A DNA stretch of 64,000 nt from the NCBI GenBank assembly GCA_040756315.1, contig JBFLZI010000001.1, forward strand, positions 2,461 to 66,460, read 5' to 3'. The notes under the pieces are model-generated. The model was not told the DNA's origin and did not search any database. It saw nothing but the letters and a program-made list of their open reading frames with translations. Positions 33,900 to 42,564 of this stretch are shown in pieces. This stretch comes from Thermodesulfobacteriota bacterium (GTDB lineage Bacteria; Desulfobacterota; Desulfobaccia; Desulfobaccales; 0-14-0-80-60-11). The translations under genes were made by a program, and so were the position numbers. Every line of letters starts with the position of its first letter. Positions within the stretch are counted from its first letter, which is position 1.

Positions 33900-35317
33900 T
33901 ACCGCGTCCCTCCGATGGCGTAAGTCTGGACCCGGCGGCGGGTCTGTTGGGCCAAACGCCGGTAGGTGGCCAGAGAGGCCTTGGTGCCGATGGTGGGCAG
34001 CAGGACGCACACCCCGTTGGCGAAGCAGTCCCCCACATGGCTGGCCTCGTCCTTCTCCGGCACGTTGCTGACGATGTTGCCGGAGTTGTCCGTTTTGTAA
34101 TGCCAGGCGCCGGCCAGGGCCCGGTGCAGCAGTTTCGCCTGCGGATTGATCTGAATGGCGGGCAGGCCCTGAATGTTCATGCCGAAGGCGTTTTTCAGGC
34201 CCAGTTTGATGATGTCCCACTTGTGGGGGCCGGGCTCGAAGCGGGTATTGAAGGCATCCTCAATTACCCGGGCGGCGGTTTCCTGGCGGTTGCTCTGGTC
34301 CGGCTGGCGCATAGTGAAGTCCCCCACGTCCCGCCAGGCCCGGGCCTTGTTCTTCCAGCGGGGGCTTTCCAAAAGGGGCCTGACCTGGGTATTGGCCAGG
34401 ATGCGGATGTCGCTGTTTTCCAGTCTGAGGACGTCGATGAAGATGAGGCGGCCGATGCTGGTGATCTGGCCCAGGATGCAACAGGGGTTGTGCCAGGAGT
34501 CCCAGAGCCGGAAGGAGACCAGGCCGGCAGCCGGCTCTAAAGCGATAGGCGACAGATGCAGGTAAGGGTTGTATTCCGGAGTGACCTTGGCCCCCCGGTA
34601 GATGGGGGCGAACTGGCCCAAAGCATAGCGCATGAAGGAGGCCTGGTCGTGCTTATAGGCGGCGCGCACCGCCTGGCGGGAAGTCTCCGAAACATACGGG
34701 TTCTCGCCGGGCTCGATGCGGAACACGGCTTTGGTGATCAGGGGATTGTCTGGGTCGATGACCTCCGGCTCGATGATGCGCTTGAAAGTCCAATGCTCCT
34801 CATCCGCCGGGTTCATGGAAATTTGCAGGCGGGGCCGGGCGCCTTTCTGCCGGGTGCAGCGCACCAAAGCGGCGTTGAACACCTCCTCCGAGAGCCCGGC
34901 ATTGACCCGGTCCGCCATGGGGGCCGGTTCCTCCAGCCAGATGAGGGCGTATTCCGGACCCTGGAGCTTGGAAAGGCTGCCCAGGTCGTCGATGCCGAAA
35001 AGGTCGCAATCCACCCGGGGCTTGGAATAAATGGTGAGTTGCTTGAAGTCGTTGCGAAATTTAATGAGGTGGGGGTGTTCTTCAAAGATTTCTATAATAG
35101 AACGTGCCGTGGAAGTCTTAATATTTTCGTGGGTATCACGGACAACGGCGCATCTTATTGGTTTGCCGCAGCGTTTGGCATGTTTGACCATGCCGGCAAC
35201 TGAAGCAAATGTCTTTCCTTCGCCGGTGTTACTGTAGATTAAGTTAACAACAGCTTCAGAATTGGCATAAAGACCCTGAGTATCGCCAAGGTCAAAATGA
35301 AGAGGCCCCTCGCTCAT
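33899..35317 (-). CDS. terL: terminase large subunit
   Basis: Walker A SNTGEGKT, Walker B LIWLEE, and a C-terminal nuclease-like half with conserved acidic residues. 472 aa. Confidence 0.8.
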   Translation of the reverse strand: MSEGPLHFDLGDTQGLYANSEAVVNLIYSNTGEGKTFASVAGMVKHAKRCGKPIRCAVVRDTHENIKTSTARSIIEIFEEHPHLIKFRNDFKQLTIYSKPRVDCDLFGIDDLGSLSKLQGPEYALIWLEEPAPMADRVNAGLSEEVFNAALVRCTRQKGARPRLQISMNPADEEHWTFKRIIEPEVIDPDNPLITKAVFRIEPGENPYVSETSRQAVRAAYKHDQASFMRYALGQFAPIYRGAKVTPEYNPYLHLSPIALEPAAGLVSFRLWDSWHNPCCILGQITSIGRLIFIDVLRLENSDIRILANTQVRPLLESPRWKNKARAWRDVGDFTMRQPDQSNRQETAARVIEDAFNTRFEPGPHKWDIIKLGLKNAFGMNIQGLPAIQINPQAKLLHRALAGAWHYKTDNSGNIVSNVPEKDEASHVGDCFANGVCVLLPTIGTKASLATYRRLAQQTRRRVQTYAIGGTR

Positions 35318-35349
35318 GCCTAAAGCGTGAAAAGAAAAAACGCCGGGGG

Positions 35350-35369
35350 CAAGTTTTAGCTAAAGCTTG
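35350..35369. promoter_or_regulatory. imperfect 20-bp palindrome (caagttttagctaaagcttg) overlapping the -35 box
   Basis: 18 of 20 positions are self-complementary around the central AGCT. Lies in the divergent terL / AbrB-like intergenic region. Confidence 0.4.
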
Positions 35370-35395
35370 ACACCGGCGCTTTTCTTTAAATAATT
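35367..35395 (+). promoter_or_regulatory. sigma70-like promoter for the plus-strand island operon
   Basis: TTGACA (35367-35372), 17 nt, ATAATT (35390-35395). Confidence 0.5.
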
Positions 35396-35432
35396 GCGGT
35401 AAAACTTTAAAAAAGGGCGGGGTTACTTTAAA

Positions 35433-35627
35433 GTGGAAAAAAATGACGTAGACAAAACTTTTTGTGACACGGGCCTGAAGCCTGCCACCCGTAAGGTGGT
35501 GGAAATCAGCGGCACCTTATATGTTTCCATCCCCAGGAAATTCGCCCAGGCCTTTCAGATCAGGGCCGGGGACCGCCTGATCTTGGTGCCGGGGTCGCCT
35601 ATCAGGATTCTTCCTTACGGAAAATGA
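35433..35627 (+). CDS. AbrB/MazE/SpoVT-type DNA-binding protein
   Basis: 64 aa. YVSIPRKFAQAFQIRAGDRLILV matches the swapped-hairpin pattern. GTG start. Confidence 0.6.
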   Translation: MEKNDVDKTFCDTGLKPATRKVVEISGTLYVSIPRKFAQAFQIRAGDRLILVPGSPIRILPYGK

Positions 35628-35630
35628 CCC

Positions 35631-36002
35631 ATGCCCCGGTTGCCTTTTCCCCTGGAGCATTATTTCGACTTGCGCAAACTGCGGAAGCACTGCCGGCGGC
35701 GGGGCCTGAACGGTTCCGCCCTGGGGCGGCTCCTGGGCCTGTCCCCCGGAGTTATGGCCTATTACTTAAGGGGAGGAGGGCCTCTGCCCCTCTACTGGTT
35801 CCGCCAGGTCTGCGCGGCCCTGGAGCTTGACCCCCTGGAGGTCTGCGAATTGCTGCGGCTACCCGTGCTGGACTGGGGGGAGGTGAACCGGTTCCGGGCC
35901 GCCTGCCGGCGGGCCGGCACCACGCCCTTCCAGGCCTTGCAGGACTTCCTCACGGTCTTTGTTCAGGAGGCCCGGGAGGCCAAAGAAGAGGAAGGCCCCT
36001 GA
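35631..36002 (+). CDS. XRE/Cro-type helix-turn-helix protein
   Basis: LNGSALGRLLGLSPGVMAYYLRGGGPLPLYWFRQVCAALELDP reads as an HTH. Starts 4 nt after the previous stop. Confidence 0.5.
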   Translation: MPRLPFPLEHYFDLRKLRKHCRRRGLNGSALGRLLGLSPGVMAYYLRGGGPLPLYWFRQVCAALELDPLEVCELLRLPVLDWGEVNRFRAACRRAGTTPFQALQDFLTVFVQEAREAKEEEGP

Positions 36003-36003
36003 A

Positions 36004-36603
36004 ATGTTAGAGCAATGGACCCGTTGGCCCCGGAAGGCCAGATTGTTTCTCCTAGCCCTCTATGCCGGCTGGGCCCCGGACCCCCGGCGCACCAGCTTCC
36101 CGGACCGGAAAATCACCCTCAAAAAGGCCTCCCCCGATGGCCGGACCATCTATTACCTGGAGTTCCCGCCCGAAATCAAGACCTTGATCCTGGCAGGTCC
36201 CGATGAAAAGAAACGCCACCTGTCGGTCCTGGCCGAGATCCATTATCGGTCTCTCCGCTTTGACCCCCATGATCCCTTCCGGATTGTCGGCATCCCGCCC
36301 CGGCGCCTGGACTTCGACCTGAAAAAGCCGCACCTGGGCCTTCAATTAGGGGAGGCGGTCGTAAGGGAGGAACAGTGGCTGCAAAAAATCCGGGAGGTCC
36401 TGGCGGGGTTCTTCCGGGAGTTCGGCAGGGCCCCCGGGGCAGAAGAATTCTATGAACAGATCAGGAAGAAAATCAGCTATCATCCCAACTGGGCCCGCCG
36501 CATGGTGCGGAAAGGCCGGGGCCGCTACTGGCAGGCTGTCCTGGAGCCCAACAAGGTCAATCCCCGCTCCCGGGGCTGCATTTACTATTATCCCATTTTT
36601 TAG
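36004..36603 (+). CDS. hypothetical protein
   Basis: Start moved to the ATG at 36004, directly after the previous stop. 199 aa. Confidence 0.5.
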   Translation: MLEQWTRWPRKARLFLLALYAGWAPDPRRTSFPDRKITLKKASPDGRTIYYLEFPPEIKTLILAGPDEKKRHLSVLAEIHYRSLRFDPHDPFRIVGIPPRRLDFDLKKPHLGLQLGEAVVREEQWLQKIREVLAGFFREFGRAPGAEEFYEQIRKKISYHPNWARRMVRKGRGRYWQAVLEPNKVNPRSRGCIYYYPIF

Positions 36604-36640
36604 GGCAGGCCGGGGAATTCTCGTGGGACAAGGAGTCTAA

Positions 36641-36907
36641 TTGGATGTCTGTTGGAGGTTCTATGGGACGCTTTTCGGCTCTCCGCCCGGCCCCGCACCC
36701 GAACCGCTCAAGACCAGGGGCAAAAAGGCGACGGCCAAGGCCGACCCGGATGAGGATGCCAGGCTCCGGGCCGAATGCGCGAAGCTGGCGGAGGAGAAGA
36801 AGGTCCCCTGGGAGGAGATCGCCGGGTTCCCCCCCGGCGAGAGCCTGGACACCGTGCCGGGGTCGGCGCTCCCGGCGCTAAAGCCGTTCCTCTTGTCCCA
36901 AAGCTAA
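36641..36907 (+). CDS. hypothetical 88-aa protein
   Basis: AGGAG, then 5 nt, then a TTG start. High GC3 in this frame only. Confidence 0.45.
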   Translation: MDVCWRFYGTLFGSPPGPAPEPLKTRGKKATAKADPDEDARLRAECAKLAEEKKVPWEEIAGFPPGESLDTVPGSALPALKPFLLSQS

Positions 36908-36953
36908 ACAGCTATCCACATGGAAGTCCGGTTTCTGAGGCTGGGCTTTTTTC

Positions 36954-36983
36954 TTGACAAGTATCTTTTATAGATGCTAATCA
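36954..36983 (+). promoter_or_regulatory. candidate promoter of the cyclase gene
   Basis: TTGACA (36954-36959), 18 nt, TAATCA (36978-36983), in AT-rich DNA. Confidence 0.4.
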
Positions 36984-37090
36984 AAATTTATAAAAAAATC
37001 TAAAAATCTTTTATAATTACGTGGAATTTTTTCTGTCCCTAATTTCTTCTTGGATAAGATTCTTACATAATCTCGAAGGGAGTTGAGACT

Positions 37091-39103
37091 ATGGTAATCT
37101 CAAGGAAAGATAAGCTAAACAATATAAAGTGGGAAAAATATAGTGATTCTCAAGAGTTCAGAGAAAACGTAGAGAAAATTGTTCAAATTGCAATAGAAGA
37201 AGCTGATGCAGAGGTTGGGGTACTTTTTCTTACTCCGGATGGTTTTTTTCTAGAAGCCGCCCATTGGGAGAGAGTAACTCATGAGGCACCCCCGAAGCCA
37301 CCTGCATCTGAACTTCCAGAATACCGTTTGAATTGGAACGAAAAAGACCCTAAAAAACTTGATGGGATTACAGCTTATGTTGCCATTCATCAAAAGGTAG
37401 AAAATTTAAACCAAGATGAAGTCTTTGAGCACCCGGCATGGAAAGGAAAATGGGATGCAGTTTTTTTAGAGGGCGATCGTAAGAAATGTAAAGGAATACT
37501 TGCAATTCCAGTTAAAAGAAAAATAGAGAAAGGGAAGGGAATAGCACGGGTTCATGGGGTTCTAAAAGTTGAAAATCCTAAAAGAGCCACAACATATGGT
37601 CGATTTAAAGAAGAACATGTTAAAGCACTGGAGAAGTTAGCTGATACTATTGCAACCAAGTTGGATCAATTTCCTAATTTTTGGTGTAAATTTGTTCAAA
37701 CTCGAGCCGACATAAAGGTTTCATATCTGGTTGAATTAATGGGAAGAGGCAGGTCCATTAGATATAATATTTCTCAAGGATTAAATTATGTTATAAAGCT
37801 TTTTTCATGTTGGTTAGAATGCCAGACAGGGGTTCATCTCTTTTGGCATTATTGGAAAACCCCAGAATGTCATATCTTAAAGCCTTGGGACTTCGCTGCT
37901 GGAGAACATGAAAATAATCACACAGCTTTGGATAGATCCAATGCCGCAAAGTTAGTTGTCTGGTTAAGGAAATGGATTGGTCCAAAAATTGTGCAACCCG
38001 GATTGCCTATTGATGATGAACTATGGGACTTTCTCTTCCCCGGAATCCCCTATAAGCCACTGGTAGATATAATTCGCCTTAAGAAAGGTAGATATGACTT
38101 AGGAGTTCTTATTTTTCCGCGATCACCACTTTGGGAAAGCGATAATGGATCGATTGATGCCTTGCCATCTGACGATATGCAAATACTCGAAATCTTAACC
38201 CGCCTTACGATGAATGTTGTTTCAATTCTGGGACGTTTTATAGAAGACAAATACGATACCACTGGAGAAAGATACTTACCAAAGTATCGCCTAGGAAGAG
38301 CCCGAAAGACTTGTGCTTTCATGTTTGTTGATATTAGAAATTTTTCCCAGCTTATCCAAATACTTCGTATGATGAGAGAGCCACAACTAATAGAACCTTT
38401 CATGAATAGATATTGTGAAAGAATTGGTGAAATAATAGGAACGTCCCCAATTGGCAGAGTTGACAAATTTTTAGGAGATGGAGTGATTGCGATTTTTGGG
38501 GAAGATTTAGATGACCCTACAGAAAATTATAAAAAGATTGTCGTTGCAGTTAAATGTGCCTTTGATATGATTACCATGTTTGAAGAAATTTATAAGGGGT
38601 GGGTTAAAATTGGGATTGATAAGATAAGTAAACAATATCACAATGCCGATTTGGAAAAGGGATCTATCGAAACAAGTAAATATGAACGTTTCCATGATCT
38701 TAGAAATATTTTCAATGAAGACGTTCAAATTGACCTTGCAATCGGTATTAATATGGGTGAAGTATTTTTTGATTATTTTGGACATGGGAACTACAGAGAA
38801 TATACAGCTATTGGTGATCATGTGAATTTCACTCAAAGGTTGGAAGGAGCTGCTGGTAGATTCGATGAAAAAGAGCGGCGAAAGAGAGGGAATATTTTAA
38901 TAAGTCAAACAGCTTATTACCATTTGTATGAAAATGATTATCTTTTAAACAAAAAAGAGCCAATTTGGCTCAGCTTTGAGGGCTTCGGGTTCGTTTATCC
39001 GGTTTATGAGTTAGAATATACAGATTTAAACCATGAAAAGATAGCGAATACAATTAAAGAGCTTGAAAGGATGCTTAGGAACAAAAGAGAGGCCAGAGCA
39101 TAA
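37091..39103 (+). CDS. GAF-GAF-class III nucleotidyl (adenylyl-type) cyclase
   Basis: Cyclase motifs FVDIRNFS, KFLGDGVIAIFG, YTAIGDHVNFTQRLEG. N-terminal GAF pattern (AEVGVLFL...GILAIPV...VHGVLKVEN...EEHVKALEKLA) and a second GAF-like region. ~36% GC. Confidence 0.75.
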   Translation: MVISRKDKLNNIKWEKYSDSQEFRENVEKIVQIAIEEADAEVGVLFLTPDGFFLEAAHWERVTHEAPPKPPASELPEYRLNWNEKDPKKLDGITAYVAIHQKVENLNQDEVFEHPAWKGKWDAVFLEGDRKKCKGILAIPVKRKIEKGKGIARVHGVLKVENPKRATTYGRFKEEHVKALEKLADTIATKLDQFPNFWCKFVQTRADIKVSYLVELMGRGRSIRYNISQGLNYVIKLFSCWLECQTGVHLFWHYWKTPECHILKPWDFAAGEHENNHTALDRSNAAKLVVWLRKWIGPKIVQPGLPIDDELWDFLFPGIPYKPLVDIIRLKKGRYDLGVLIFPRSPLWESDNGSIDALPSDDMQILEILTRLTMNVVSILGRFIEDKYDTTGERYLPKYRLGRARKTCAFMFVDIRNFSQLIQILRMMREPQLIEPFMNRYCERIGEIIGTSPIGRVDKFLGDGVIAIFGEDLDDPTENYKKIVVAVKCAFDMITMFEEIYKGWVKIGIDKISKQYHNADLEKGSIETSKYERFHDLRNIFNEDVQIDLAIGINMGEVFFDYFGHGNYREYTAIGDHVNFTQRLEGAAGRFDEKERRKRGNILISQTAYYHLYENDYLLNKKEPIWLSFEGFGFVYPVYELEYTDLNHEKIANTIKELERMLRNKREARA

Positions 39104-39143
39104 TGTTCTATTAAATCATACAGTAATAATTTGAAAAAATAAT

Positions 39144-39215
39144 ATGTCCTGAATCAGACTTGATTTGACAGTATCCCTGTAGGTTAGTTTTTGTAACCTC
39201 TCTTCGTCTGACTTT
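39144..39215 (+). terminator. candidate intrinsic terminator after the cyclase gene
   Basis: TCAGAC...GTCTGA enclosing AGGTTA-N7-TAACCT, followed by CTTTTAGTTTTTT. Confidence 0.35.
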
Positions 39216-39254
39216 TAGTTTTTTAATTCGTGCCAAATAAAGGCTGGCCCCTTG

Positions 39255-39506
39255 TTAATCCATTCCCCCCACCCCCAGGGCCGCCGGTGTGTATTCCCGC
39301 AGCAACTCCCGGTTCGCCTTCCGGCAGCGCCCGCAAACATACCGGCCTACCACCTCCGCCCCGCACTTAAGACACTGCCGCACGGTCGAATCCGGAGGAT
39401 TTTCCACCACCGGCGCCTCCATGCAGGCTTCACACTCCCGCTGCCGCCCACTCGTGGGAATGAAATCCTCCCCGCAGGTCTCACATAGTCGGGGCCGATA
39501 GGCCAT
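39255..39506 (-). CDS. cysteine-rich zinc-ribbon protein
   Basis: 83 aa with four CxxC pairs (CETC, CEAC, CLKC, CGRC). Confidence 0.55.
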   Translation of the reverse strand: MAYRPRLCETCGEDFIPTSGRQRECEACMEAPVVENPPDSTVRQCLKCGAEVVGRYVCGRCRKANRELLREYTPAALGVGGMD

Positions 39507-39549
39507 TATTTGTCCCTCCCGTTCGCCATCCAGAAATCTCCGGGATTCT

Positions 39550-39650
39550 CATTTTGAGAATTTTGGGGGGCTATACTGCCCTTTTTGCAACTTATTCATA
39601 TTATTGATATTTCACACTTTGAGATTTTTGGGAAAAATTTATGGGGGGAG
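39550..39650. repeat. two ~20-bp direct repeats (CAyTTTGAGAwTTTTGGG)
   Basis: Copies at ~39550-39572 and ~39614-39650, 64 bp apart, in the noncoding stretch downstream of terS. Confidence 0.6.
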
Positions 39651-39901
39651 CATATCGACCCGGGGGGCCAGGAGTCCCGTCCCCCCTTTTCCCGGATTGC
39701 GGAAGGCCACCCTCCCAGGGGCGGGCGGGCCGGCGGCGACCGGGGCATGGGTGAGGGTGGGGACCTGTGGGGGTGGGGAGCAAGGGGCCGGGGGCAGGGC
39801 CGGGGCCGATACTCTTGATAGGTCGATAGGGCCTGCCCCTGCGCCCATTAATACCGTTTTTGTCTATTTCCGGTATTATTCTCATCCCCAAAACTCCCGG
39901 T

Positions 39902-40633
39902 TCACCGGGTGATGGAGATCACCCGGGCCTGCACCCGCACCTGCTCCGGTCTGCCCGGTTCACCGGGGCCTGGCTCTTCTTCAGGGCGATATGACCGCTG
40001 AGGTGGTCCAGACCTGGTGGTGATGATGATTTCCGCCCCTTTGTGCTCTTCCACCACCTCCCTGGTCAACTCCATGATCTTGGCGGCCAGTTCCAGGGCC
40101 TTGAGCCGGGTGGCCTCGGACTTGGCCTGGCTCGCCAGGTGCTCCACCATCCGGCCAATCCTCACCTCCGACAGGCCGACGCGCCGAAATATTGCCTTCT
40201 TGTCCAGACGCGAGACGAGCTTCTCCAATATCCGGTTCGCAAGGGCCTTGGCGTGCTCGGTCGACTTGGTTTTGAAGCCTGCCTTTTGAACGGCTTTTTC
40301 TCTGGATACAGAGGTGGAAAGATAAAGCGTGATGAATTTCAGTTCCTGGGAGTTGAATTTACCCTTGAGGTCCACTTCGGGGATGAGGGGAAGGTCCGGT
40401 TCCGGGTCGGGAGGGGGTGGGGAAGGCGGTGATGGGGGTAGGCTGCCCTTAATACCAATATCTTGGTTCTTATCCCTATCAAAGAGATTAATATCATCCT
40501 CAGTAATCCCCTTACTATTAATATATATATTCTCTGGAATATCTATATTGGAAGAAGAGGGCGGATGGTTGGAGGGTGGCAGCTTGGGGTTGCGCCTGGG
40601 GGTCTGGGAGCGGTGGGGGTCTCTCATGGCCAT
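39902..40633 (-). CDS. terS: terminase small subunit
   Basis: ELKFITLYLSTSVSREKAVQKAGFKTKSTEHAKALANRILEK matches the small-terminase HTH pattern. Low-complexity Pro-rich N-terminus. Confidence 0.65.
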   Translation of the reverse strand: MAMRDPHRSQTPRRNPKLPPSNHPPSSSNIDIPENIYINSKGITEDDINLFDRDKNQDIGIKGSLPPSPPSPPPPDPEPDLPLIPEVDLKGKFNSQELKFITLYLSTSVSREKAVQKAGFKTKSTEHAKALANRILEKLVSRLDKKAIFRRVGLSEVRIGRMVEHLASQAKSEATRLKALELAAKIMELTREVVEEHKGAEIIITTRSGPPQRSYRPEEEPGPGEPGRPEQVRVQARVISITR

Positions 40634-41217
40634 AACTCCGTTTGGGGTTGGGGTTTAAAGTTCTGGAGGTGGTGTTGGCGGGCCATGTCGGCCAGAAGGA
40701 GTCCCACGGCCATGCCGTCATCGGCCTGGGTCTTGAGGGGGGCCTGGGGCCAGAAGGTGCGGGCCAGGCTCAGGGGGGTGGTGGGGCCGGGGGTGTGGGG
40801 GGAGAGCTTGACATGGCCCTGGGTCAGGACGCGGTCTATGCGGGCCTTGCGCTTGCGCCAGCGGGTGAGGTTGTAGTGGGCCTGCCACTCGTCTACGGAG
40901 ATCAGTTGATAAGGGACCTGGAGGACGTCCAGCATTCCCATCCAGCGCCCGGCGTTGAGGAGGAGGGCCTGAGTGTTGAGCAGGACGTTCTTGGGGAGGG
41001 CGGGAAAGAGCCGGACCGCTTCGATATATATATTTATTAAGAGGTCCCGGTATTCACATAGGTGATACCAGGTATACAGAGGATCGGAGTCCTTCCATCT
41101 CCAGGAATGAACGCAGGCGCCCTGGTCGTCCACGATGCCCGCGCCGCCCTTGCGACCGGGGTCGATGCCCAGGAAAAGGGACCGACTGGGGTAAGGGTTT
41201 AACTTGGTCTCAGCCAT
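40624..41217 (-). CDS. RuvC-like Holliday junction resolvase
   Basis: LFLGIDPGRKGGAG (Asp), IYIEAV (Glu), ADDGMAVGLLLA (Asp pair). 197 aa. Confidence 0.65.
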   Translation of the reverse strand: MAETKLNPYPSRSLFLGIDPGRKGGAGIVDDQGACVHSWRWKDSDPLYTWYHLCEYRDLLINIYIEAVRLFPALPKNVLLNTQALLLNAGRWMGMLDVLQVPYQLISVDEWQAHYNLTRWRKRKARIDRVLTQGHVKLSPHTPGPTTPLSLARTFWPQAPLKTQADDGMAVGLLLADMARQHHLQNFKPQPQTELWP

Positions 41218-41337
41218 TTGAGGGCCTTCCTGGGCTTCTCACGGGGTCGGTTTTGGACGGTTGGCGTCAGGGCCGGGAGGATTTCCAGCCGGACCTAATA
41301 ATTTCAGGCACTTACCCACCACCCCTTACCCTACCTA

Positions 41338-41529
41338 TTAAGCCCCGCCGTTTGACAAATTTTCCTGCGAATTTGGCATTGCCTTTTTTGAAAACGGGCG
41401 TCCTTTGCCCCTGGGTTTGGCTGCCGGGTTCCTGCCGAAGCGATAGGGGTAAAGCGAGCAGTCTTTGACCGGGCACAACTCCACCTCCTTGGCGCTCCCG
41501 GCGCAGCAGTCCAAGCACTTGCGCCGCAT
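41338..41529 (-). CDS. small zinc-binding phage protein
   Basis: MRRKCLDCCAGSAKEVELCPVKDCSLYPYRFGRNP is a pattern common in prophages. The true start may be a TTG about 80 nt upstream. Confidence 0.5.
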   Translation of the reverse strand: MRRKCLDCCAGSAKEVELCPVKDCSLYPYRFGRNPAAKPRGKGRPFSKKAMPNSQENLSNGGA

Positions 41530-41692
41530 GGCCTTAAGGGGTGGCCAGAGATAAGGCTGCCCGTTCTTTAACCCACAGGTCACGTCCCTCCCATAACATG
41601 GACATGACAATTTAGCAAGCCATAAATCTCCTTTAATAAAAGAGAGATAAGAATTTATTTTAAAGTTTAAGAAAAAAATACCGAAATGTGTA

Positions 41693-41721
41693 TTGACAAA
41701 ATAGCATATCCAGATTATTAT
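41693..41721 (+). promoter_or_regulatory. sigma70-like early promoter
   Basis: TTGACA (41693-41698), 17 nt, TATTAT (41716-41721). The spacer contains AAAATAGCATAT, also seen at 50052-50063. Confidence 0.55.
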
Positions 41722-41751
41722 TTCCCCAAAGTTACCGAGGGAGGAGAGACA

Positions 41752-42030
41752 ATGGCCAGCCACTGGAAAGAACGCCAGGAAAAGTTGCAGGAAGGGTTGG
41801 CGGAGATCGAGTCCGAGATCGCCACCCGGGACGCGGCGATGGATATTCTGCGGAAGCTGGTGGAAGTCCTGAGACTGTCCCAGGACAAAGACCTAAAAGA
41901 AGCGCTGCAAGTCCACGTCAACAACATCGCCAATGTTCTGGCCGACCACCATGAATCCCTCCTGGCCGCCAGGAAGGACTTGGAAAGGCAGATGTTGAAC
42001 CTGGAGACCACACCAGACCCCAAACTATAG
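41752..42030 (+). CDS. coiled-coil early protein
   Basis: ATG after GGAGGAG. 92 aa. Confidence 0.5.
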   Translation: MASHWKERQEKLQEGLAEIESEIATRDAAMDILRKLVEVLRLSQDKDLKEALQVHVNNIANVLADHHESLLAARKDLERQMLNLETTPDPKL

Positions 42031-42039
42031 GAGTCAAGC

Positions 42040-42306
42040 ATGGCAATCATCATTCAACCCGATCCCCCGGAGAATGTGCGGGGAGGATTCTTTTGTTCCG
42101 TCATCGACCCCCACAGCAACCGTTGGGCGCTCCTGGCCGGGCCGTTCGACACCCACCAGGAAGCCAAAGACAATCTGTATAAAGTCCAGAAGATCACCTG
42201 TGACACCTGGCCGGAGGCCCACTGGCTCGCCTTCGGCACCTGCCGGGTGAAGGCCCCGCCCTACCCTCCGGCCAGGCTCAAGACCCTGGGGCTGTGGAGA
42301 GATTAA
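42040..42306 (+). CDS. hypothetical early protein
   Basis: 88-aa ORF. Confidence 0.45.
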   Translation: MAIIIQPDPPENVRGGFFCSVIDPHSNRWALLAGPFDTHQEAKDNLYKVQKITCDTWPEAHWLAFGTCRVKAPPYPPARLKTLGLWRD

Positions 42307-42320
42307 AGGAGGACCATCTT

Positions 42321-42542
42321 ATGCCCTATTACATCAAACAGATCGCCACTGAGGTGCGCTGGAGGGTTTACGTGGTGGAAGCCGACTACGAAAAGCAGGC
42401 CCGCCAAGCCTCCTGCGAGGACAAGGATTACGTGGGTTATTACCACGACAACATCGACCTGCCCGACAAAATCTTCGGGCCGTTCAACTCTCGGGAAGAG
42501 GCCGAAAACAAAAGGCCGGAAGCCTGGGTGGAAGATGTTTAA
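42321..42542 (+). CDS. hypothetical early protein
   Basis: ATG after AAGGAGGA. 73 aa. Confidence 0.45.
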   Translation: MPYYIKQIATEVRWRVYVVEADYEKQARQASCEDKDYVGYYHDNIDLPDKIFGPFNSREEAENKRPEAWVEDV

Positions 42543-42564
42543 TCGAGGAAAGGAGATAGACCTT

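Noticed and set aside
36908-39250. Cyclase as a canonical Pycsar or CBASS defence operon
   Set aside because: No adjacent effector with a cyclic-nucleotide-binding, TIR, patatin, endonuclease or transmembrane module. It is a single gene with its own promoter-like and terminator-like signals, so it is reported only as an orphan cyclase.
39601-39891. 96-codon Pro-rich ORF downstream of terS
   Set aside because: Its composition (PGPAPGPLLPTPTGPHPHP...) is what the C-rich strand of a G-tract yields in any frame. A GGGAG precedes an internal ATG, so it cannot be excluded, but the support is too weak to call a CDS.
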